From NCBI RefSeq assembly GCF_003991155.1, contig NZ_CP031293.1: a DNA stretch of 64,000 nt, one strand, 5' to 3'. Origin of the DNA: Escherichia coli. GTDB taxonomy: Bacteria; Pseudomonadota; Gammaproteobacteria; Enterobacterales; Enterobacteriaceae. Numbering within the stretch: position 1 is the first letter of the stretch; every line of letters begins with the position of its first letter. The translations under genes and the position numbers were made by a program. The notes below the pieces were generated by a model. That model searched no databases. It had not been told where the DNA came from and was given only the letters and a program-made list of their open reading frames with translations. This document shows, in pieces, positions 44,356 through 53,223 of the stretch.

Positions 44356-44396
44356 GCTCTTTAACATTGATGGGATTGTCCCGCCGAAATGCGGGA
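44356..44396 (+). promoter_or_regulatory. nutL (boxA + boxB hairpin)
   Basis: GCTCTTTAACA then TCCCGCCGAAATGCGGGA, inverted copy of nutR. Confidence 0.55.
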
Positions 44397-44795
44397 ACCA
44401 AAGAGTAGTTGGCTTTGGGATTGGATGAATGAGCAGGCTGATGCTCGACCAATGTATAAACAGCGCTCATGGCAAGCAGTAACCAATCTGCGCCTCAAGA
44501 CAGCGTCACTGGTAGTGCGGGCGCTCTAACCAGTAAGCCGGAGTTCAGCACCGGCCATCCAATCGCCAAAGTCAATTCCATAGGCGTTATGCAGCCGCCA
44601 CCTATTCAAGAAAGCTGCACAAGAGGTAGGAGGATTTATGTGAATACTTACATTCAATTGAGAGATTAATTAAATAGAACTGATCGAGCAGAGTCCATAA
44701 AGGCTCATAAATGCTCTTCCATCCCCGTCTAATTGGCGGGGAAGGAAACCACTTTGTAATAAAAAAATTCCAAAGTTGTTTCATCGGAGGTCAAC

Positions 44796-45095
44796 ATGAC
44801 AGTAGTCATTACATATCTAGCTGACGATAACGCCAGAAATCGCCGCAGAGCACGCAGGCAGGCTCAACGTGAACAGGCAATGCAAGAACAGCGACTGGCG
44901 CGAAAGATTGCGCTAAAGCTCTCTGGTTGCGTCAGAGCAGACAAAGCAGCATCACTCGGAAGCCTTCGCTGCAAGAAGGCAGAAGAAGTCGAGAGTAAAC
45001 AGAACCGTATTTACTACCGCAAGCCACGCAGTGAAATGGGTGTGACTTGTGTTGGTCGCCAGAAAATGAAATTAGGCAGCAAACCACTTATTTGA
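44796..45095 (+). CDS. N-like antitermination protein (P22 gene 24-like)
   Basis: 99 aa, arginine-rich motif NARNRRRARRQAQREQ. Confidence 0.7.
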   Translation: MTVVITYLADDNARNRRRARRQAQREQAMQEQRLARKIALKLSGCVRADKAASLGSLRCKKAEEVESKQNRIYYRKPRSEMGVTCVGRQKMKLGSKPLI

Positions 45096-45106
45096 GAGGA
45101 ATTAAT

Positions 45107-45730
45107 ATGTCATCAATCCGCTTAACTACGAGAATGAAAGAGAAAATCGCTCGTAACGCTTTAATTAAGTCTGGGGTTTTCACTGAACTTGAAGAAGTAA
45201 CAAAGTTAAAGAACCAGCTTGCACTTGACGCCAGAGTTATTGCGTTTGGCGGTAAAAAGAAAACTGAGGAAGTGGATCAGTTATCATCCAGGTTAGTAGC
45301 TATAAGTGAAGAACTTGAAAAGATGGGATGTTCATTTTACTCATACGATGTTCGTTCTACTTCAATTTATCTGACTGTATCTGGCAGAAGGGTTGGATGG
45401 CATTCATATGGGAAAGACGGCAACGGCGAAGATATATTGCTCCCTACTCCAACCAAAGATAAATGCATGTTTGATGCAGAACACGAAATAACAAAAAGGT
45501 TTGATGAAATCTGCGCATTGCAACAAAAACTTGAAGCCAAGAAAAAGGATATCGAATCAAATGTATGGGCTGCTTTGAACTCAGTCACAACAGTTAAGCG
45601 ACTTATTGAAGTTTGGCCTGAAAGCAAAGAATTGCTACCAAAAGAAGCAGACAAAGCAAGTACAGCACTTCCTGCTTTACGGGTAGAAGATTTGAATAAG
45701 ATGATTGGACTTCCTTCCGAGTCCGCATAG
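45107..45730 (+). CDS. Hypothetical early-left protein
   Basis: 207 aa from ATG with GAGAGGA RBS; soluble, no recognised motif. Confidence 0.45.
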   Translation: MSSIRLTTRMKEKIARNALIKSGVFTELEEVTKLKNQLALDARVIAFGGKKKTEEVDQLSSRLVAISEELEKMGCSFYSYDVRSTSIYLTVSGRRVGWHSYGKDGNGEDILLPTPTKDKCMFDAEHEITKRFDEICALQQKLEAKKKDIESNVWAALNSVTTVKRLIEVWPESKELLPKEADKASTALPALRVEDLNKMIGLPSESA

Positions 45731-45903
45731 TCGGCCTTTATTTTTGGCACTAACAACAGAATAAACACTGCACTGTGTATTCATTCCAACGAGTGAATAC
45801 ACGGAGCAATGTCGCTCTTAACTAAACAGGAGCCGACTTGTTCTGATTATTGGAAATCTTCTTTGCCCTCCAGTGTGAGGGCGATTTTTTTGATGGAGGA
45901 TAT

Positions 45904-46872
45904 ATGAGTGAAGTAACAGATTTAGTTGTTATTGAAAAAGCAAATGCAATGACTGTATTTCAGTCTGCCGACCAGATTGAAGAAATCCTTCAAAGGGTTG
46001 AACGTGAAGTTATGTCCTTTGTGCCTGATATCACAACGGCAAAGGGCAGAAAGGAGATCGCTTCTCTGGCGTATAAAGTTGCGCAGACGAAAACATATCT
46101 CGATGGTCTTGGCAAAGACCTTGTTGCTGAACTGAAGGAAATTCCAAAGCTAATTGATGCCAACCGCAAGACAGTGCGCGATCGCCTTGATGAGCTGAAA
46201 GCCAAGGCACGCCAGCCTCTTACTGATTATGAGGAAGAACAGGCGCGGATTAAAGCCGAAGAAGAAGCTAAGGCAGCAGCTGAAGCTCTCGCAAAGCAAA
46301 TTGAGTCTGACCATGAAATAGCTATTTTGATGGATCGCGAATTTGACCGCCAAAGAGAAGAGGCAAGACTCAAAGCGGAGCAGGAAAAGCGAGAGCATGA
46401 AGAACGCTTAAAAAGAGAAGCTGAAGAGAAAGCCAGAGCAGAAGCCGAAGCAAAGGCAAAAGCCGAAATTGAAGCAGCAGCAAGGCGAGAAGCAGAAGCT
46501 AAGGCCGCAGCGGAACGTGCAGAGCGTGAACGCATTGAAGCCGAGCAACGAGCACAGCGCGAAGCAAAAGAGGCAGCAGAACGAGCTGAAAGAGAAAAGC
46601 AGGCGGCAATTGAAGCAGAACGCCGAAAAGCACAGGAGGAGGCTGAACGAATCCGGCGCGAGGCTGAAGCAAAAGAGCAAGCCAGAATAGCAGAAGAAAA
46701 AAGAATCAAGGACGAAGAAGAGCGTAGAGCAAAGGATAAAGCTCACCGGAAAGAAGTAAATAACAAAATACTTGCTGACCTTATCAAGGTTGGCGCATCA
46801 GAAGATGTTGCTAAAAATATCATAACAGCCATCGTAAAAGGCGAAGTATTCGCAACAAAAATAACCTACTAA
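45904..46872 (+). CDS. Coiled-coil protein with TolA domain-II-like Ala/Glu/Lys/Arg repeats
   Basis: 322 aa from ATG with GGAGGA RBS; ~180-aa low-complexity tract. Confidence 0.5.
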   Translation: MSEVTDLVVIEKANAMTVFQSADQIEEILQRVEREVMSFVPDITTAKGRKEIASLAYKVAQTKTYLDGLGKDLVAELKEIPKLIDANRKTVRDRLDELKAKARQPLTDYEEEQARIKAEEEAKAAAEALAKQIESDHEIAILMDREFDRQREEARLKAEQEKREHEERLKREAEEKARAEAEAKAKAEIEAAARREAEAKAAAERAERERIEAEQRAQREAKEAAERAEREKQAAIEAERRKAQEEAERIRREAEAKEQARIAEEKRIKDEEERRAKDKAHRKEVNNKILADLIKVGASEDVAKNIITAIVKGEVFATKITY

Positions 46873-46895
46873 TAAACCAACATAAGGAACCACCC

Positions 46896-47027
46896 ATGAT
46901 TTACGCAATCGCGGGAGGCGCTCGCATGGGTGCCTTCCAACTAAATGAATCTTTACTTGAACGAATCACCCGTAAATTACGTGACGGATGGAAAAGAGTT
47001 GAGGTCTTATTATGCGCAATGAAATAG
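46896..47027 (+). CDS. cIII: CIII-like protease inhibitor
   Basis: 43 aa, ESLLERITRKLRDGWKR core like lambda CIII. Confidence 0.65.
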   Translation: MIYAIAGGARMGAFQLNESLLERITRKLRDGWKRVEVLLCAMK

Positions 47028-47164
47028 CCATCAATCACCAGATGCTTCGTGCTGCACAGAACAAAGCAGTAATAGCCAGATTTATTGGTGATTCAAAAAT
47101 GTGGCTTGAAGCAAATAAAGCAATGAAATCAGCTATCAACCTTCCGTGGTATCGCAGGAAATGA
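47012..47164 (+). CDS. kil: Kil-like host division inhibitor
   Basis: 50 aa, ARFIGDSKMWLEA resembles lambda Kil motif. Confidence 0.55.
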   Translation: MRNEIAINHQMLRAAQNKAVIARFIGDSKMWLEANKAMKSAINLPWYRRK

Positions 47165-47331
47165 GTTTTACAGATAACTGGTCAGACGAAGAATTCATTC
47201 GTCAGATGAAAGAATTAGTCGGTAACGAAGGAGATATGCATGTCACTTGCAACCACAGTGAAGGAGAGCAAGTTACAGAGACGCATGTACACGCAGCAGG
47301 CGTTAATGTATCGCCAGAAGGGAGATCGTGA
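47161..47331 (+). CDS. Small hypothetical protein, ATGA-coupled to kil
   Basis: 56 aa from MSFTDNW; overlaps alternative ORF 47240-47410 in another frame. Confidence 0.3.
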   Translation: MSFTDNWSDEEFIRQMKELVGNEGDMHVTCNHSEGEQVTETHVHAAGVNVSPEGRS

Positions 47332-47410
47332 AGGTGTTCGCGTATTTTTAAATGCGGCAAAGACTGAAGTATTAAATCAGCGTTATTTCCTTGGGCCGTG
47401 TCCATTCTGA
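47240..47410 (+). CDS. Small hypothetical protein immediately upstream of annealing protein gene
   Basis: 56 aa from MSLATTVKES, AAGGAG RBS, stop 9 nt before next ATG. Confidence 0.3.
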   Translation: MSLATTVKESKLQRRMYTQQALMYRQKGDREGVRVFLNAAKTEVLNQRYFLGPCPF

Positions 47411-47418
47411 GGTGAATT

Positions 47419-48126
47419 ATGGATTTGAACAAATTCGATGAACCATTCAGCCCTGAAGATATCGAATGGCGAATACAGCAAAGCGGTAAAACACGCGATG
47501 GCAAGGTGTGGGCTATGGTGCTGGCTTATGTCACGAACCGGGCAATCATGAAACGCCTGGACGATGTTTGCGGCAAAGCAGGATGGCGCAATGAATACCG
47601 CGATATTCCCAACAACGGCGGAGTTGAATGCGGCATATCAATCAAGATTGATTCCGAATGGGTAACCAAATGGGATGCTGCTGAAAACACGCAGGTAGAA
47701 GCCGTCAAAGGTGGTCGTTCCGGTGCAATGAAGCGTGCTGCCGTTCAATGGGGAATCGGTCGGTATCTGTATAACCTTGAGGAAGGTTTCGCACAAACAT
47801 CTCTCGATAAAAAGCAGGGATGGCACAGGGCAAAACTGAAGGATGGAACAGGATTTTACTGGCTCCCTCCATCGCTGCCGGGATGGGCAATCCCAGCATC
47901 AGATAACAAACCATCACCAGAAAATACCAACCAGAAATCTCCATCGGTTGACTGCGAACAAATCCTGAAAGACTTCAGCGATTATGCATCAACAGAAACT
48001 GACAAGAAAAAACTCATCGAGCGTTATCAGCGTGACTGGCAATTAATGGCTGGCAACGAGGAGGCGCAGGCTAAATGCGTTCAGGTAATGAACATCAGAG
48101 TTAACGAACTAAAACAGGCGGCATAA
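47419..48126 (+). CDS. Rad52-family single-strand annealing protein
   Basis: 235 aa; AAVQWGIGRYLY motif. Confidence 0.65.
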   Translation: MDLNKFDEPFSPEDIEWRIQQSGKTRDGKVWAMVLAYVTNRAIMKRLDDVCGKAGWRNEYRDIPNNGGVECGISIKIDSEWVTKWDAAENTQVEAVKGGRSGAMKRAAVQWGIGRYLYNLEEGFAQTSLDKKQGWHRAKLKDGTGFYWLPPSLPGWAIPASDNKPSPENTNQKSPSVDCEQILKDFSDYASTETDKKKLIERYQRDWQLMAGNEEAQAKCVQVMNIRVNELKQAA

Positions 48127-48633
48127 ATGGCAAGCAGAGGCGTAAATAAGGTGATTATCCTTGGTCGGGTAGGACAAGACCCGGAAGTTCGATACTCACC
48201 ATCAGGAACAGCGTTCGCTAACCTGACAATAGCCACGTCAGAACAATGGCGAGATAAAAATACTGGCGAGCAAAAGGAATTAACTGAATGGCATCGTGTT
48301 GCTGTATCCGGGAAACTGGCTGAGGTCGTGGGGCAGTATGTGAAAAAAGGTGATCAGATTTATTTCGAGGGAATGCTGAGAACCAGAAAGTGGAAAGACC
48401 AGTCAGGGCAAGACCGTTACACAACCGAGGTTCATGTCGGAATTAATGGCGTGATGCAAATGCTTGGCGGCATTGGCGACAGCAAACAACAAGCAGCCAG
48501 CAGGCAATCACAGAAGCCACAGCAGCAATCATCACCAGCACAACACAACGAACCTCCGATGGATTTTGACGACGATATACCCTTTGCACCAGTAACTCTC
48601 CCCTTCCCTCGTCACGCTATTCACGCAATTTAA
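48127..48633 (+). CDS. ssb: Single-stranded DNA-binding protein
   Basis: 168 aa; OB-fold N-domain, Gln-rich linker, acidic DFDDDIPF tail. Confidence 0.9.
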   Translation: MASRGVNKVIILGRVGQDPEVRYSPSGTAFANLTIATSEQWRDKNTGEQKELTEWHRVAVSGKLAEVVGQYVKKGDQIYFEGMLRTRKWKDQSGQDRYTTEVHVGINGVMQMLGGIGDSKQQAASRQSQKPQQQSSPAQHNEPPMDFDDDIPFAPVTLPFPRHAIHAI

Positions 48634-48646
48634 TCAGGAGAAAATC

Positions 48647-48940
48647 ATGCCAGCGCCTCTGTATGGTGCGGATGACCCGCGCCGCTGTTCCGGCAATTCC
48701 GTATCGGAGGTGCTGGATAAATTCAGGAAAAACTACGACCTGATAATGTCGCTACCGCAGGAAACGAAAGAGGAAAAGGAATTTCGCCATTGTATATGGC
48801 TTGCAGAGAAAGAAGAACGCGAGCGAATTTACCAGACATCAATCCGACCATTCCGCAAAGCCACATATACCCACTTCCCTGAAATTGACCCGCGCCTGCG
48901 TAATTACCGCTCACGCTATGGCGCTATCAGTAATGACTGA
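48647..48940 (+). CDS. Hypothetical protein
   Basis: 97 aa ORF in early-left operon. Confidence 0.4.
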   Translation: MPAPLYGADDPRRCSGNSVSEVLDKFRKNYDLIMSLPQETKEEKEFRHCIWLAEKEERERIYQTSIRPFRKATYTHFPEIDPRLRNYRSRYGAISND

Positions 48941-49114
48941 GGAATTTACCATGAGAGGACTTGCATACAATCCCGGCATTCTTCCGGCAGAAATGATTAT
49001 TCGCCAACGTGTAAAGCCAATGCCATCGAGAGAGGAATTGCTTAAGAGAAATTCTTTTCCATCAGTAAATCAAAACAAATATCTGAATGCGATGTGGCGT
49101 AAAGGAGGTAAGCA

Positions 49115-49741
49115 GTGAGCAAGATTGATTATCAAAAGCTTCGTGAAATCGCTGAAAAAACAAAAATTGCTGGTGAAACACCCGTAATGCCTTTCGATCA
49201 GCGAATTAATGCGCTTAACGATTTTATGAAGCACTTTTCGCCAGATATCGCGCTGGCATTGTTGGATGAACGGGAAAGAAACCTGCAATACATCAAACGC
49301 CGCGACCAGGAGAACGAGGAAATTGCGCTAACGGTAGGGAAGCTGAGAGTTGAGCTGGAAGGCAAAGACAGCAAAATAGCCAATCTTACCGCCGAACGCG
49401 ATGCTCTTCGTGAAGGTGAGATGGGCGACGCTAGGCATAGCAACACACGGGCCGCAGCTGATATCTACTTCCAACTGGTCGAGGAGTGCGAAATTCCTGC
49501 TGGCGGATCTCTGGTCGAGTACGTTGACGATATGCGCGAGAAGCTGGAAGCCGCAGAGAAGCGCATTGCTGAGCTGGAGTTGCTGGAGGTTGTGCTTCCG
49601 CAATGCTATAGCATGTTGCATCGCGTCGATTTTGACGAGCCTTACCACACTGAAATGGTTTACAGGCAGCATCAGGTTCTTGAGGCACTGCACAACGCTG
49701 GAATAAACGTCACCGAAGCAGGTAAAGGAGAGGCATCATGA
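49115..49741 (+). CDS. Ead/Ea22-like protein
   Basis: 208 aa, central coiled coil. Confidence 0.5.
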   Translation: MSKIDYQKLREIAEKTKIAGETPVMPFDQRINALNDFMKHFSPDIALALLDERERNLQYIKRRDQENEEIALTVGKLRVELEGKDSKIANLTAERDALREGEMGDARHSNTRAAADIYFQLVEECEIPAGGSLVEYVDDMREKLEAAEKRIAELELLEVVLPQCYSMLHRVDFDEPYHTEMVYRQHQVLEALHNAGINVTEAGKGEAS

Positions 49742-50241
49742 GCACTATCACAAGAGAATGGCTGCAGCAGGCTATCAACGATTATGAAAGCGTTCGTGAT
49801 GAGCTTCCTTTCGGGCTTGATGATTACCAGGGGAATATCCTGGCTGCCCTGCGTATCGCACTGGCATCGCTGGAAGCAGAGCCGGTGGCGTGGAAGGTAA
49901 CATTCACGCAAATTGACCGTGAATATAACACGTTCACTGGTATGTATTCTGACAAAGCAGAAGTCGAACGGTGGGTGCGGCTGCATAAAGCATGTAATTT
50001 TCGGGCAGATATAACACCGCTTTATACCGCCAAGCCAGTGCCGGTAACTCCGGATGGTTGGATAAGCTGTAGTGAGCGAATGCCGAACGACGCGCAGTGG
50101 TGCGTAGTGAACACAGAATACGGGTATTACGTGCAATGCTGGTCTGAAGGTCAAGGGTGGCTTGGTGATGATATCAGCATCCCTGAATGCGATGTAATCA
50201 ATTGGATGCCGCTACCAGAACCACCGCAGGAGATGAAGTAA
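49738..50241 (+). CDS. DUF551-domain protein
   Basis: 167 aa; C-terminal WISCSERMP...NWMPLPEPP. Confidence 0.5.
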   Translation: MSTITREWLQQAINDYESVRDELPFGLDDYQGNILAALRIALASLEAEPVAWKVTFTQIDREYNTFTGMYSDKAEVERWVRLHKACNFRADITPLYTAKPVPVTPDGWISCSERMPNDAQWCVVNTEYGYYVQCWSEGQGWLGDDISIPECDVINWMPLPEPPQEMK

Positions 50242-50525
50242 TGGACTCCTTCGCGAAATATACGATTATTGACTGGATTGCCTTCCTTCAGGTTTTGCTC
50301 ATCTGGTTTTATATGGCTTACAGGAGTGGACAGTGGATTGTCAGTGTAGCCTGTAGCAGGGGATGGCGTTGGTGGAACCGAAAGAATAAAAAAGCACTGG
50401 CCTTGGATTCGTTTTACGAAGCATTCAATCTTAACAGCCTTCAGCCTGGTTCTGTCATTGTAGTCACCACTCAAAGCGGCATGACGATACAAATTCACAA
50501 GCCAAAGGAGGAAGGTCGTGGCTAA
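50241..50525 (+). CDS. Hypothetical small membrane-associated protein
   Basis: 94 aa from ATG overlapping upstream stop (TAATG). Confidence 0.35.
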   Translation: MDSFAKYTIIDWIAFLQVLLIWFYMAYRSGQWIVSVACSRGWRWWNRKNKKALALDSFYEAFNLNSLQPGSVIVVTTQSGMTIQIHKPKEEGRG

Positions 50526-50799
50526 CCTGCAACTTGCCGTCAAAGGTGAATACTTCGACGCCATGATTCGCGGGGAGAAAACGGAAGAGTATCGCCTGTG
50601 CAATGACTACTGGAATAAACGCCTCGTTAATCGTAAGTATGACCGCCTGATTATCACAAAGGGATATCCGAAGCGCGACGATTCCAGCCGCAGAATTGAC
50701 GTCCCGTATGACGGATATGAAATCAAGACAATCACACATCCGCACTTCGGCGATAAACCGGTAACGGTATTCGCGATAAAGGTGAATATCAATTGCTAA
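50518..50799 (+). CDS. DUF3850/ASCH-like protein
   Basis: 93 aa, EYRLCNDYWNKRL pattern. Confidence 0.45.
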   Translation: MANLQLAVKGEYFDAMIRGEKTEEYRLCNDYWNKRLVNRKYDRLIITKGYPKRDDSSRRIDVPYDGYEIKTITHPHFGDKPVTVFAIKVNINC

Positions 50800-50912
50800 A
50801 TTAGTAGCATAGCATAAAGATGCTTGCATTAATGAAGTGTGTATAATAATGCCTCATCAATAGTAAACTACTGAAATAGCAAAAAAAATGCATATTAAAG
50901 AGGATTCGAAAA

Positions 50913-51104
50913 TTGAAAATGTTCATGCAAATAGACAGACGCATAGATATTAATGGCAATTCATACTTAGTTAGATGCGAAGAGAGGCCTAACGGTGAGT
51001 GGCGTGTATATGATATTGACCGTAAGATCAATATCAGCACCATGAACAAAGACACTGCCTTTGATGAATGGAAAGCTGAAGCTAAAAAACAACATAATTC
51101 GTAA
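50913..51104 (+). CDS. Hypothetical protein
   Basis: 63 aa ORF in AT-rich stretch. Confidence 0.3.
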   Translation: MKMFMQIDRRIDINGNSYLVRCEERPNGEWRVYDIDRKINISTMNKDTAFDEWKAEAKKQHNS

Positions 51105-51183
51105 AATTACAAAAACCCTAACCAATTGATGGATTTCTTTTATCTGAACTCGCTACGGCGAGTTTTGTTTTATGGAGATGATA

Positions 51184-51352
51184 AATGCACTTCCGAGTCA
51201 CAGGAGAATGGAATGGAGAGCCATTCAACAGAGTTATCGAAGCGGAGAACATCAACGACTGCTACGACCACTGGATGATATGGGCGCAGATAGCACATGC
51301 AGACGTAACCAATATTCGAATTGAAGAACTGAAAGAACACCAAGCCGCCTGA
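51184..51352 (+). CDS. Small hypothetical protein followed by terminator
   Basis: ~55 aa (MHFRVTGEWNGEPF); hairpin CCGCCTGATGGCGG plus T-run after stop; coordinates +/-1. Confidence 0.3.
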
Positions 51353-51375
51353 TGGCGGTTTTTTGGGGGTAGTAG

Positions 51376-51567
51376 ATGGCTGCAATTCACATTGTATCAA
51401 TAACATGCAATGCAATTCAGATAGTTGCTTGCATTATCTTTGTTTTCTCAATCATTCGCTCCAGACGATATTCTCCAGCAATTAACCGACATCCTGCACA
51501 AGTTGAAGCCGTCAGGATGGCTATAGAGTTACGAAATGAGATGAATAAGGCATTAATGGAGATGTAG
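51376..51567 (+). CDS. Small hydrophobic hypothetical protein
   Basis: 63 aa ORF with N-terminal hydrophobic stretch. Confidence 0.25.
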   Translation: MAAIHIVSITCNAIQIVACIIFVFSIIRSRRYSPAINRHPAQVEAVRMAIELRNEMNKALMEM

Positions 51568-51691
51568 AAACCATTCACTGACAAACATTAAGAGTGGAAA
51601 TAAAGAAATCACACCGCCTCACACTCGATGAGGCCTGTTCATATCTGATAGAGCCGCTATATGGCGGTTTCTTTTTGCCTGGAGAATTAAG

Positions 51692-51883
51692 ATGACCGAT
51701 ACCAGCCTGATTCCTGAGAAAGAAGTGATGAACAAGCTCGGTGTTTCATCACGTCAGACAATCTGGAACTATACCAAACGGCACGGATTTCCGAAGCCAG
51801 TCAGAACCCACCCCAAATCATACCTTCGTGAAGCTGTTGAAGGGTGGATTCTTAACGGTGGCGTTAATCAGAAATGCTCCTGA
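51692..51883 (+). CDS. xis: AlpA-family excisionase / DNA-binding regulator
   Basis: 63 aa with HTH (LGVSSRQTIWNYTKRHGFPKP); adjacent to integrase. Confidence 0.7.
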   Translation: MTDTSLIPEKEVMNKLGVSSRQTIWNYTKRHGFPKPVRTHPKSYLREAVEGWILNGGVNQKCS

Positions 51884-53042
51884 TGTGCCAGAACAATTTA
51901 TCAGCGTGAAGCTCATACGCTTTGCGCTGAGCCTCTATCCAGTCGTGTTTATTGTATACGGACATTATCCCGCCAAGTTCATGACCGAGCATTCGCTCAG
52001 TAACATGAGGCTCGACATTCATCTCGGACAGACGTGTAACAAGCGTTCTTCTGAAATCGTGTGTTCGCCAGTAACCTAGATCCATCCCTCCCCTTATTCT
52101 ATTTACGAATCGGTTGGCTGCAGCGATGCTGATCGGTTTGTTTATGTCTTCTCCAGGGAAAAGAACATCATTGTACGTTGTCATGGCCTTTTCGAGGAAA
52201 GGCTTAATTTGTTCGAAGATTGGACGGCGGATAGCATTACCCATCTTGCTATGCTCTTTCGGTACGGTCCATACGTTTTCCAGCAGGTCAAATTCTGTCT
52301 TTTTTGCCAGCCTAAGCTCTGAGAGCCTCGCCCCCCACAGCATAAGCATCTGATGAAGTAGCTTATTTGACGTAGACGCACGGCTTCTTTCAATAGCAAG
52401 CCAAATCTTAGCCAGTTCGTGATACGACAGTACACGATCCCCTACCTCAGCGCGGGAGCCGAAGTCCCTTGGTTGGATGCTCATAATTGCGCAACTATCT
52501 ATCAACTGACGCCGCATGCACCAACTTATTGCTGATCTTAGTTGACTTAGCACCTGCCTTGCTCGGCGTGGATTATCTCTTTCTTCTTCGGTAAGCAGGT
52601 CAACCCATTGCTTAACCGTGATAGAAGATGCCGGACGATTAGGGAAGGCGTCATGCATGCGCTTCATAACCGTTGATCGGTAAAGTGCCTGGGTCTTTTC
52701 TCTGAGAGTTGTAGAGACGTAGTTGTCGAACCAGTAGTCGAGACACTGGGCGACCGTCATGGAGTTCTCCACCTTCTCTTCAAAATAAGTGCGTGGATCC
52801 GTTCCTGAGAAATAGAGCTTTCGCAAGTCAGCAGTGATCTGTCTGGCATCCTTCAAAGACATGGATGGGTATCGACCAAGCCCAAGTCGATTAGGCTTGC
52901 CATGCCAGCGATAGCGGTACTGGAACTGGATGACCCCCTTCGGTGAAATTCGTACGCTGAGGCCATCGGCATCAGCCACTTCTTGTGGGCCCGAATATGG
53001 TTTACCATAAATAGTACGAAGTTTTGTGTCGCTTATAGCCAT
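51864..53042 (-). CDS. int: Tyrosine site-specific integrase
   Basis: 392 aa; C-terminal HDFRRT...LGH catalytic region; next to right junction. Confidence 0.9.
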   Translation of the reverse strand: MAISDTKLRTIYGKPYSGPQEVADADGLSVRISPKGVIQFQYRYRWHGKPNRLGLGRYPSMSLKDARQITADLRKLYFSGTDPRTYFEEKVENSMTVAQCLDYWFDNYVSTTLREKTQALYRSTVMKRMHDAFPNRPASSITVKQWVDLLTEEERDNPRRARQVLSQLRSAISWCMRRQLIDSCAIMSIQPRDFGSRAEVGDRVLSYHELAKIWLAIERSRASTSNKLLHQMLMLWGARLSELRLAKKTEFDLLENVWTVPKEHSKMGNAIRRPIFEQIKPFLEKAMTTYNDVLFPGEDINKPISIAAANRFVNRIRGGMDLGYWRTHDFRRTLVTRLSEMNVEPHVTERMLGHELGGIMSVYNKHDWIEAQRKAYELHADKLFWHIRSISD

Positions 53043-53050
53043 AAATAATA

Positions 53051-53097
53051 TTTGGTACGCTCAGAAATAATGGTTTGGTACACATCTGGTACACAAT
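53051..53097. promoter_or_regulatory. Candidate integrase arm-type binding sites (right arm)
   Basis: Repeated TTTGGTACGC / TTTGGTACAC / TGGTACACAA motifs between int and core. Confidence 0.4.
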
Positions 53098-53223
53098 ATC
53101 ACATGGACAACAGCGCACAGTAAACAACTATATTTGACGTTCGTAGACATACTCAGGTGAAAAAATGGTTGTTTTTCGAGTTATAACAGACAGTTAATTA
53201 ACTACAGTGGACAATGCTAGACA

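Noticed and set aside
44469-44669. 66-aa ORF between nutL and the N-like gene
   Set aside because: No recognisable Shine-Dalgarno sequence and low-complexity composition; more likely leader sequence.
46227-46746. Long minus-strand ORFs (160 and 112 aa) rich in Ala/Ser/Arg or Phe/Cys/Leu
   Set aside because: They lie antisense to the GAA/GCA-repeat coiled-coil gene and are artefacts of the low-complexity repeat.
51170-51415. 81-aa minus-strand ORF in the early-left operon
   Set aside because: Opposite to all surrounding early genes with implausible composition; the plus-strand small ORF 51184-51352 followed by a terminator is preferred.
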